Shown here piece after piece: positions 51,427-63,600 of a stretch of DNA of 64,000 bases. How positions within the stretch are numbered: position 1 is the first letter of the stretch; each line of letters opens with the position of its first letter. The position numbers and the translations under genes were made by a program. The notes under the pieces are model-generated. The model was not told where the DNA came from. It ran no database searches and saw only the letters and a program-made list of their open reading frames with translations. Source of the stretch: Monocercomonoides exilis PA203 (taxonomy: Eukaryota; Protista; Preaxostyla). Location: the NCBI GenBank assembly GCA_001643675.2, contig LSRY02000010.1:1736001-1800000 (forward strand), read 5' to 3'.

Positions 51427-52254
51427 TTATTGTTCTTCTGTTAAAAGCGATTCATATTTATTTTGTTATGTTTTTCATTGTTGAGGGAAAAGAGGTGTTT
51501 TATTTAGTTTTTTCATATTGTTAACATAGCGGATTATAATTCTTAACTTGTTTTTTTATTTTATTTTTTTTTTTTTTTACAAAAAATTGGAGTTTGAATG
51601 CTTTGAGGATAAGTGTAAAATTGGAAATAAATATCCTCATTTTTAATTGATATTAAAAAAAAAATTATCACAATCCTTTTATGAAAGTTATTCGTGTAAT
51701 GTACTTATAAAATATTTTGTGATTTCTTTAAAGAAACATTTTTCACCTTCTTGAAGGTTTTGTGAATATTTTAGATAAAAGAATCCAATCAAATTTCAAG
51801 GGATTTTTTAGATTGCGTGATAAACCTTCCAAACGGATTTGTTTAAATTTTGAGTGAATAATTGTTTAATAAACTTTCAAATGAGGTTTGAAGACTTTCT
51901 GTTGAAGATTTTTCAATAAGTTTTGAGTGAACTTTATTATTTATGCGCTTCACCTAAATTGCTCGTTGAGCAAAACATAAAATAGATATTGTAATAACAA
52001 GATTCCAGAAAAGATTTCCTCCCCCTTTTTTAAGGAAAAAGGAATGCAATCCTAAAGTGCTCATTTGGTGTTTTTTTGAAAAAGAACAAAATATATTTTT
52101 TAAAAAATTAATCACTCTATCAACTTATGTTGTGTGTAGTAGACTTGGGAGAATAGAATAAGTTAAAAAATAAAGTTAAAATATGATTTGAAAAAATTAA
52201 TAAAAAAATAAACATTACGTTTTTGCTACCAAAGTAATTTCTCTAATAGAAAAA

Positions 52255-55200
52255 TTAAACCATTTTATTATCTCCTCCGAGAGCTCGTTGTGTGTAGTTC
52301 TTTTCAATATCGATATATCCTCTGTTTCTTCTCTTCTCCACAAAGTAAGTAATGAGCTTAAGCAGGCCGACCAACAAAACAAATATCAAAATGAAGGAAA
52401 TCAGGATACCAAATGAAATCCATCCCCATTTTTGGGAATCTTCTTCAGAAAGAATGTTTAACAGATCGACGCTGATGGGTGCTGTCCAATGCACTCCATC
52501 AGCAGTTGCAAAGAACCAAAGGCTCGATGGAGCTTCCTTTGGAAAGCCCTCAAGGACAATTTTTGATTTCAAGGTTTGCACAAAGACTTCAAGTGAAACT
52601 TCTGTTTTCGATCTGTAGGCTCTGGATTCCTCTAACTGCATCGGAGGTAGATCTTCGTTTTCGTTCATTGAACTATTCAAAGAGATGAAACTTGATTTAC
52701 GTTTTGACATCAAGGCAACACGTCCACGAGATGAAAGCTTCATTTGTCTGATAATCGAATTTCGTTGCAACATTGCATCGATAACATCCTTGTCTTGTGG
52801 AGGAGTAACATCTTCTGAGGTTGAAATCAAAATCAATGGATGGCTGATTTCGAGAGATTCCATAATGAAAATAGCACTTGGCAATTCAGGATATGTGTTT
52901 TTGTTAAGATCTGCCATACTGGAAGATTTCTTGATCTTTGTCTTGTCATGCTTTGTGCACATATACTTAGTTTCTGTAAAGCCTTCACATTCTCCATCAC
53001 ATGAATAATATGAATAATCAGATCCTTCTTTGTCATCACTTCCAATGAATTTGTTCGATTCATCAATATTCAGTTTTGATTTGTAGCATTCAATGTTCAA
53101 AGGCGATGGATATGTGTGCTGCGCCTCGTTCTTATTCTTCTTGAAGGTGTTATCTTTCAAGATTGCAGCTACTCCTTCAATTGCAGAGAACCCACCACCA
53201 ACGTTGGAATCGAATAATGTTCCCTCGATTTTCGTATTGTACTTCGTTGCCTCATTCGATTGGGCGTTGTGCTTCTCGCAGACCATCTCAGCAAATCCTC
53301 CACCACCAGCTGCACCATGCACAAGATCATACAAGGAGCCATAGCATTTGTTGTTTTCAAATTTGCCAGATTTAACATACACAGTTGGAAGCTCATCTGC
53401 ATTCCTCAGAGCTTTTTGTTGCGTGACTGGCACAACATGTGCAAATGCTCCACCACCAATTGAAGATGCTTCGTTGTTTGTAAATGTTGTAGATTCCAAA
53501 TAGAAATATTGTTCAACTTCTGGATCGTCGTTTTCAGCAACAACGTCAGTAAGTTTCAGCAGGCCAGAGAAGAAGAGACCACCACCAGTTATGAATGATT
53601 TGCAATCACTAACAGAAACGCTGCGCATGTGCAAAGTGTTCTTGTGCTGCAATGATCCCACGTACAAGCCACCACCATAAGCAGCTGTGCAATGTGAAAT
53701 CACACCACCCAAAAGTTTCACAGTCAAGGTTGAAACAATTGTTGTTGGAATTGCATTTTCTGGCTTGGGATTAAAGACTGTTCCATCCTTTGTTGCAACA
53801 TAAATAGCACCACCTTCACAGGCAGAACACAAATCGAATGTGCAATCGTTGCTCAAACTAATTTCAGTTGATGTTGCATCGTGTTCGTTCATTAATGGAA
53901 CATACAACCCTCCTCCGTTTCCTTTTGCGTGACAATTGGAAACTTTTATTCCTGTGAAAGTGGCCTTGGTCATTGCTGGGCTTAAAATGGCGAATGCTCC
54001 ACCATTTCCTTCGCAGTTGCATTCGCTAATTGAAATGCTATCAACATTCACAGAATCTGATCCAAATACAGCAAAAGCACCTCCATTGCCGTTAGAATCG
54101 ACTTTCTGGACTGTTCCTTGTTGAATGAATAACTTGTTGATTCCAATAAACGTTGCGAATCCACCAGACGATTCACCACCGTTCATCGAGTTCATGGCGT
54201 AAGTTGGATGAATTGCTTCTTTTCCGTTATTTTCGAACGACCATCCGTCATCGCCGTATTTTGTTCCAGTTTTTCTGCCAATTGAAACTCTAGCGGGATA
54301 CACACCATTAACGTGGCAATTAGAAAGGGTAACACGAGACTGAATTTCTTCATTTGAAGAAACAAGCAATGCTGATTCACAGAACACATTTGGCTGTGTT
54401 TTCAGTGTGTCAGCAGTGAAATCTTCCAAGATCAAGTTCTTCACATTAATGAATGCAGCTGCAGTTCCTTCAGAGTTTCTGACTTCCAACTGCTTCACTG
54501 TGATGACGCCTTCCGTTCCCAAATAGAACAAGTTGGCTGATGGAGTAATGTCCACAGAATGCATCAGATTGCTTATAGTCGGGGCCAAAAACGCAAATTC
54601 AGGTACGATAAAGTGATCTTTCAATGACGATGTTTCATACATGAAAGATTCATATGACATTCTGTTATTTGTAAATAGCACTTTTGTAAGGGAAGAATCT
54701 TCGCAAACGTGACTCATCCAGAAATCAGCAGAAACAGTATCAGATGCATAATTTCTAATGACGGCAGTAAACGGATAAGCCGTGGTGCCCTGGCTCCTGA
54801 ACCAATTGCTTTCTTCATTGTTGCTGTTATCAAAATCAACAAGTGCCCAGTTCTCATAGGATAAGCTGTTATCTGCAAAGTTGAGATTATTCACAGTGAA
54901 TTTCTTTGTGATTTCCACAGCAGTCAATGAGCATCCGCAACCACCAAATGTGTTGAGAACATTATTGTGTGTTCTTTTAGCTGCCATAAATGATGGTGCC
55001 AGCCCCATCACATTATGTTCAAACTTCAGATCTTCGAGTGTGCATTCACCAATTCTCTCAACCACAAGACCCATCGAATGAAGATGGTCAAAGACACAGC
55101 TTTTCACTGAGAGAATATCGATTCCTGCGACATACACTGCTGCTGGTGTATAAACTGTATCATCATCAGCAAATTGAGAAGAAGGCTTTAATGCCTTTTT

Positions 55201-58200
55201 GGCTTCATTTTCAACTTCAGACAGAATGGAAAGACCATCAGCGTTTGTTAACTGTGCATTTGAATTGAATTCAATATTGGTAATTTTGTAGTTTTTACCT
55301 TCTTTTACGAAAATCTTATTGCCCACGTGAGTGCTGAAGGCGATGTCGTGAATTTGAACATCTTCGCAGTTGATCAAAGAGGCCAATGAGACTGCTTTAA
55401 ATCCAAAGTCCACTTTTGGAGATCCGTTATCTGATCCAGTAATCTCAAGTGTTTTGGTATTTCTGCATTCAATCATATATGGAAGTTTCTGTTCATACTG
55501 CAATTTACAAATATTTATATTTATAAGCATTAATAATAACAATAATAATAAAATGAAAATACCTCATCTGCATTAAATGTTGAAGTTGAATCCAATCTGA
55601 TGTAAACATTTGAAGCATCAGTTATTGAAATAGGCGTATACCAAGTTGCAGGAGTAGCAAGCATGTTTTCAAACAGTACATCAATGATTTTGATGTTAGT
55701 GCTTTGTCCTGTAAATATCAAGCCACCTCTTTTTTCAGTTACAACGCACAAAGACTGAAATAGGAATCTGAAAAACAAATAAACAAACAAAAGAAATTAA
55801 ATATCATAAGCATTATCAACTATAAAATCAATATTCACACCTTTCAACTCCGTTCAAAACAAAAACTGGTTCGTCACCGTTTTCTGCAGTGATTGTTGAT
55901 TCTCTCTTTTGCCCTTTAATATCAACATATTTGCCTTGGTTAATTTTGACTGAGTCTGCTTCAGAAAACATTCCATTGTTGATTGTGATAACCACTTCTG
56001 TTGCACGCTTTGATATAACGTAGCTGATTGTTTTGCAGTTAGATTCTCCATTCATGCATTCGTCATTATCTTCACCTTCTGGATCAACTGTAACTTTTTG
56101 TCTGTCATCTTCCAGTTTCAGATCCGCTGGCTTCGTCCAATGGTATCCATCAGCGGTAACATAAAAGAATAAACTTTTTGGAGGTTCCTGTGGGAATCCG
56201 TTTAGAGTCACAGTATCAGCGACCGAAGAAATCCTAACTTTTGAAGGATTTCCTTCAACTCTTTCTGCAACAGCATCAATTATTTGCGATGGAGCATCCT
56301 GAAATTCGAAGTTTTGCATCATGTCAGGATCAATTGGAGGCTTAACAGTTCCAGATGTTGACGCCATAATAATAGGATGTGAAAGGACAAGAGAATCGAA
56401 CTCGAAAACGATCTTGGGAACGTCTGGATAGGAAGCGATTGGCAATTTCTTCACATCAGGTGTGGGCTCAACCTTTGGCTCAACAGTGCATTTCATTTCA
56501 GAAACGCCGAATGCCTCACAAGTTGAATCGCAAGCATAATACATGTATTTTGCATCTTCTTCCTGTTCATCAGAGAAAAAGTGGTTGGTTTTTGCAATGT
56601 TAAGCTTTGACTTGAAACATTCAATATTCAGGTTGGTCTGTACTGTAGCATGGCCAATTTGATTCTTGTTTGATTGGAATGTGTTTTCTCTCAATTGAGC
56701 GACAACTGCTTCCAATGCACAGAATGCACCTCCAATATTTTGGCTGAATGTGCAGCCCGTAATTCTTGTGTTGTATGTTTCTGCATTTGAAGCTGAACGA
56801 TGATTTTCACAGAACATGATTGCCATTCCTCCTCCACCAGAAAGTCCATGTGATACATCATGCAATGCTCCGAAGCATTTGTTATCAGTAAAGGTTGTTT
56901 CAGTAATGTACACAGATGGCCATTGATCCTCGTTTGCTGAATTGTCCAGCTTCACAGTGAATGGGATAATATGTGCAAATAAACCTCCTCCCATTCCAGA
57001 TGCCTCGTTGCTAATGAATTTTGAGCCTTTGATTGTGAGATAGTCAACAGCGTCATTTGAAAGTGCTTTAGATGGTACAATTTGCACCAAGGCAGAGACA
57101 AGCATCCCACCTCCCGCAACAAATGCCTTACAATCATGAACATTCACATCATCAAGCGAGATTTTGCATTGATGCTGAATAGAGCCAAGGTATAACCCTC
57201 CACCATATGATGCAGTGCATTTACTAATTTCAAGGTTTGTAGCTTTCAGTGTGAATGTTGACTTTGCGACTTCAAAGTTTGTCTTTGAAACTTTATCAGC
57301 TTTAGTACCATCCTGAGATCCAATGAATAAGCCACCACCTTCACTTCCGCTGCAATCAGTGATTGTGCTTTTTCCAGTAAAAGTCACAACAACGTTAACG
57401 TCATTCGCATTTTTCAAAAGTGGCAAATAAACTGCACCACCGTTCATTCCAGAGCTGCATTTTGTAATGGTCAGTCCATTGAAACTTAAAGATTCTAATT
57501 TATCATCCAGAATAGCCAATCCTCCTCCGTTTCCTTTGGATTTGCAATCTGTTATAGCTAAAGTGGTGAAAGAAACTGTCTTTGTATCAAAAATGGCAAC
57601 AGCGCCTCCATGGCCATTTGATTCTGCTTTTTCGCAAGTAAGGCCTTCGACAGTCAGTGAATCAACTCCTTTGACCGTAAGGACAGCTCCAGATGATTCT
57701 CCACCAGTTATGGAGTGATACGCCGTTGAAGGATGAAGCACAAAGGCTCCTCCTTCTGGAAGCTTCCATCCATCGTCTCCATAAACGCTGGATGTACGAA
57801 CGCTATGAGATGCTTTTGAGGGTTTGATGTCTGTACTGGTAATACCGTGCAGTGCTATTTTTGTGTTGTCCTTTTCAGAAGCAATCAAAATAGCAGATTC
57901 GCAGAAAACGTTTGGTTGAGTTTTCATATTTTTCACGCTGCCTTGATTCCAATCAAGATCGACAGTGGAGAAAAATACAGCTGCTGTACCTTGAGAAGCA
58001 GATATCTGCAGATCTGTAATTTTGAGTGCGCATTGAACATCCATCACAAAAAGCACAGTTGAAGGACGGACACTGACTGCATGCATCATATTCACAACTG
58101 TTGGCGCACTTTCAGCAAAATCTGGAACGATAAAATGCTCAGCCTTGGAATTATCATCAAACATTGTAGCATCATAAGCCATATTTTCTTGTTCAAGTTT

Positions 58201-59687
58201 TATTTTGTTCATGGTTGCATCATTATTTCCACTAACATGGCTTATCCACAAATCAGCTGAAACAATATCCATCGCAAAATTGCGAGTTGTTGCAGTAAAG
58301 TCATTGGAAATTGATTTCAAGCGACGATCAAACTCAACTCCATTGCTTTTGCTCATGGAACCCCAATTTTCGTAAGTGAGACTGTTATCAGAAAATGTAA
58401 GATCGTCCAATTTTAAAGTATCACTGACACCCGTGATTGTCAACGAGCATCCACATCCTCCAAACTTGTCTTCTGCACCATCAACGATTCTCTTTTCAAA
58501 CAATGCTGATGGAGAATATCCCATAACATTGTGTGAGAATGTTGAGCCGGTTATTGTACATTTCTGAACTGAATCAATTACAACACCCATGGAATGCAAT
58601 TGCTGGAATTTGCAATTTCCAATTGTGATATCGTCAGAACCACTTACAAACACTGCACTTGGTGTGTATACCGGTGAGGCGTCAATATACACGGGATCAA
58701 CATTGTTCAGGGAATTATAATAAACTTGGTTTCTGCTCATTTCTTTCTCAATTTCGTCCAATAAGCTGTCACTATTAAAAGAGTGAGTTTTTGGATTGAC
58801 ATTAAACTGCAAATTGTTGAGTGTAATCAATGAGCCTTTATCCAAAAGAATTTTATTTCCAGCATGCGTATTGAAAGAAATATCTTTAATAGAAACTGTT
58901 TTGCAGTTTGTAATTGCTGCAAGTCCAATTTGCTTATAAGTGAATTCTGCAATTGTATTTTCATCCACTTTTCCATTTATATTTACTGTATCTGTATCGT
59001 GCAATTCAATGAAATAAGGAAGTCTTGAATATGTCTAAAAAAATGAAATAAAAAATGCAAAAATGATATAACGAATTAATAAACTGTTGCGTACCGTTGG
59101 AATGGAAAGTTCTGATGCAGTATGAAGATTTAATGTAATTTTCTGTGAATCGTCAACACTGATTGGAAGAAACCAATTTGTTGCATCTCCTCCATTTGTA
59201 AATAAAACCTCATTAAATGTTACTGTGTCGCACTTTGACTCAATGATTATTCCTCCATGAGTATTTGTGCTTATGGTAAAAGAGTTAAATTCAACCCTAG
59301 ATAAAGAAAATATTTTGTTTAAAAAAAGAAAGGAAAAAAGAAAACATATAAACAATCAAACATCTTTGATTCTTTAACTACAAAAAGAGCGTTTTGTTGA
59401 GGAACTCTTGCATTGAGAACACTCTGTTTAAGTTGGCCTTTTATCATCAGATCATTTCCTTTTAAAACGGTCACTTCAGATTCTTCTGTGAATATTCCTG
59501 CATTGATTGTTAATTCGACGCTTTCAACTGTATTTTTCAATGCATAAGCAATAGTTTTACATGGGTCAGCTCCGTCTGCCCAGCATTCATCCTTATCTTT
59601 TCCATTAGGATCAACAGTAAGATGAATGTTAAATCCAATCAAAGGATATGCAACAAGAAGAAGCGTATAGAATATAGATAACGCCAT
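52255..59687 (-). CDS. About 2,389-aa type I membrane protein made of two tandem beta-helix (Pmp-like GGA repeat) units; 5 exons (59687-59362, 59296-59095, 59034-55841, 55767-55563, 55497-52255)
   Basis: Signal peptide MALSIFYTLLLVAYPLIG; five track ORFs join in frame (7,170 nt in total); many GGAI/GGGL repeats; single TM GWISFGILISFILIFVLLVGLLKLITYFV; short tail. Confidence 0.85.
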
Positions 59688-60621
59688 CACTCGAAAAAAT
59701 AAAAAACGATCTCAGATCAAAACAAACTATAATATGAATCAACGACACAATTTTTAAAGGGAAAAGAAAATGTTAAAGTTCAAAAATAAACTGCTTATTT
59801 GATATTTTTTATTTGTATTTATAACATACTTGCTGTTTAATATATTTTAATTTTCTTTTCCAATCAAAAAATGTTCAGTTTCGAACAGGTACCTCAAATT
59901 CACTTTTCACAAAATATTTATAAAAACAAACATAACATAACAGAATTTTATCCTAATTTTTTTTCAGCATTCTTGCTTTAATGCACACGTGTTCAAAAGA
60001 GAAGTTATGATGTCAAAGAGAAGTGCAATAAGTGGGATAAAATAAATGTGAGATTAACAAAAATATGAAATATGTTTGGTAAAATTTCAAAAAAGACTTT
60101 CACAAAATTATAAAAACATGTTAAACAACATTGCAATGATGGAATTTTGCTCATAGTACAAGAAAAATACATAAATTATGTAAATAATTGTAAAAAAATA
60201 TTAAATTTGAGAAGAAATTCAACAAAATCCGAATAGATGCGTCCAATAAACAGCATCATCATCGTAAAGACCAATAACAAATGAAGAAAAGAAAAAATAG
60301 TTGATGAGAAAGCATTAATTTGCACGCAAAAAGCATGAAAAATGAAGAAGTTGATAATTAACAAAAATAAAGATAAATAGGCAATAACAGGGGAAATTAT
60401 ATGAAAAGCATTAGATTTATCTAATGAACAGAAAAACAAAATAGAATGAAAGAAAAAGAAAATGAAATGAGGTTCGCTGAGATGAAGTTTTACCTAATTA
60501 ACATAAGAAGTACGAAAACAACAATTGTAAGGTGAAAAAACTTTTTATAAATAACAATTTTCAACATATAAATAATAACAAGTCTAATCGTCTAATTCTT
60601 GAAAAGGGAAATAAAAAAAAA

Positions 60622-63600
60622 TCATAAAATAACGCAACACCCTCCACCCCCACCACCTCCGCCACCTCCTTTATCTGCACCTTTGCTTTGAAAGCTTCCC
60701 ATTCCCATCTGTTTATTGGTCATTTCTTCCATTCCTCCTGCCCCTTCTCCCTGTCCACGAGAAAGCTGCCGCATCTGCCGATGCCCGCTTTCCTTCTCCT
60801 CCTTTTCAAAACGATGCACGTCCCTTTCCTGCCCATCTCCCACCCCGCTCTTCCATCTTCTTTTGTCTCCTTCCTTCTTCATCTCAACCCCTTCGCTCTT
60901 GTCATTTCTTTCTGGTGTTCTGCACACATCTCCTCCTCCTCCTCCTCCTCCTCCTCCTCCCTCTTTGTAAGAGCCACATCCCTTAGCCGATATTGCATCG
61001 TCCCACGCAGCAAATGAATAAGTAGCCGGGACAGACAAGTCAGGGCTCGAGTGGAAGATCGACAGACCCCCAGCGGTCATCGCTGTAAACGGGAACGGAG
61101 CATCCTTTTGACATGTGGAACGACATGACGACTGATTCGTCACGCGAGACGAGGAAGTGAGCGCAGCCTGGATTTCAGAGAGCGGCTGCTGCATTTGCAT
61201 GAGCCGCAGGGAAGACGTCGAGGAGCAGTGCGACAGGCGCGAAAGCGTCCTGTTGGATGACTTGTTTGTGTCCTGCAGTGACACTCCCATGCCCATTGAA
61301 GCATCAGCTCCTGCTGAAGACACAGCAGCACCCGAAGAGTTCAGATGTGTCTTGCTGTCTTTATTCATATGTGATGATGTCGATGACGATAAAGAAGAAG
61401 AAGAAGAAGAAGATGATGATGATGATGGCGATGAAGACGATGACATCCGAATAAGAACAGGAAGCGACGCGGAAAGCTGTGAAGAATGAGACAGTTTGGA
61501 ATATCGGCGGAGGGAGTAACTCTGCGATTGCTCTCCATTCTGCTGATTGTCTGTGTTAATTCCTCCTCCTCCTCCTCCACCACATCTTCCTCCTCCTTCC
61601 CCAGCATTAGAATTCACACCCATTCCAACATTCACACAGCCACTGCTGTTGTCATGTCCTATGTCTCTCGTGTCCGTATTTGCCAGTTTTCTGTCGATGT
61701 GCTCGCAATAAGAGTTCAGTGACTGCATCATCATCTTCCGCACAGCCTCTGAATCTGCATTGTTCAGCTGCATGTTCTCCTCTTTCCCTGAAAGCGACCC
61801 AAACTGGAACGACAGCTCGTCCACACATGAGCCCATCGACGGAGAGAAACAAGATGCAGCACCTGAGCCTGTGCCTGCAGCAGAGCCAGCACTTGCGCCT
61901 ATGCTTTGCTGAGAGTGATGAGAATGCTGAGAGTGCTGTGAACGAGAAGGAGTGGAGCAGCCAGAGCGAGACTGTTGATTAACTGACATCTGTTGCTGTT
62001 GCTGCTGCTGCTGATGCTGGTACTGATAGGGATAGGCATGTGCAGGCGAATGAGAAGGAGAAGGAGAAGGAGAGCTTCTCCTCCCAACATTGAACGAACA
62101 CCCGCCAAACGATCCCATCGAAGCTGGCTGCATTTCCTGCAGTGATGCTGTTGACTCTGTGTTCTGTCTGAGGCAGATTGTATACTCCATCCCGTGCAAC
62201 CCGTTTTCTCCGCCCATTTGAGCTGTCTTAAAGGCCGGCGAGCAGGAAGGCGCGGGAGAAGGAGAAGGAGACGCCAGGCGGAGCTGCTGCACAAGAGAGC
62301 CAGCGTCGCTCATCATCGACATCATCGTGGTGGCATCAAATGTGAAGCCGTTCTCGTCTGCATTGTCGTCCTCATTGCATTCATCACAGCTGCTGCTTCT
62401 GCTTTCACTTTGACTTTGACTTTGACTTCGACTTCGACTTCTGCTTCTGCTTCTGCTGCAACTGCTGCCATCTGCTGAAGATATGTTGCTATGCACTCCT
62501 CTCTCATTGTTCACCCCTTCTTCTTCATTCACCTCTTCCTCACTTGATGTGCTCACCAGTGAAATATTATCGTCACTCCCTCCCAATGACACCACGTCAT
62601 TCCTCGGCGTTTCTGACCCCATTTCACATTTGCCTTTCCCTTGCTTGCTCATCCTGTGCTCTTCTTCTTTCTCTTTCTCTTTCTCTTTCTCGCTGGCTCC
62701 TTCAACCTCCTTGTTTTTCCTGTCTGTTTCGTTTTCTTCGTTTATCTCGCCTGATGCACTGATTGATCTTAGTGGTTCTCTTCTTCCATTCACATCTCCT
62801 CTCCCTTCTCTCCTCTCCTTCCTCTCCTTATTCTCTTTCTTCTCCTTTCTTTCTTTCCTTTCCTTCTTTTCCTTCTTTTCCTTCTGCTCCAAAAACGGCA
62901 GCATCTTCTCTACTTCTTTCCTCTCCTTCTTCTTCCTCTCAATCACAGACGGGTCTGCCTCTACTGCCGAGGCATACAATCTGGCTGCTGTGTGCTGCCT
63001 GGCGATGATTGAGACAGCAGATTTCTGATGGGAAGAAGAAGGAAGAAGAGAAGAGGAGGAGGAGGAAGGAGAAGAGGCTGTTAATACAAATGGAGAAGAG
63101 GAAGGTTGATAGTGAAGAGAAGCAGAGGAAGAGGAGAGAGGAAGGCAAGGTGGAGGTGACATGTGAGGAAGAGGAATTTGATGAGCATACAGCTTGTTGG
63201 AAGAAGAAGAAGAAGATGATGATGAAACAGAGGAGGAAGGGACGTAGGCATCTTGAGAAGCAGCTGGGTGGATCACAGGTAAGGCAGAAGAAGATAAGGA
63301 AGAGGAAGAAGAAGAAGAAGAAGAAGAAGAGTGCATATTAACAGGCACTTGCTTATTCTCAGAGAAAGAAACTGTGAATGAATTAGAGCGAGAATTCGAA
63401 CGAGAATTTGAATTTGAATTCGAATTAGAACCAGAGCCAGAACCAGAACGTGAATGCAGATGCAGACGAGAATGTGAGTGAGAGCGTGGCTGGAGAGAAG
63501 AGATGTCTGGATTAGGCTTGTACGGCTGTGGGGTTGCCAAAGGGGAAGCAGAGGAGATGTAGTTGGCGAAGGTCACTTGATTTGAGGGGGAAGCAGATGA

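Noticed and set aside
51730-51970. Less skewed intergenic stretch with repeated TTTTGAGTGAA, a possible gene relic
   Set aside because: The frames I checked are interrupted by stops and give no recognisable peptide.
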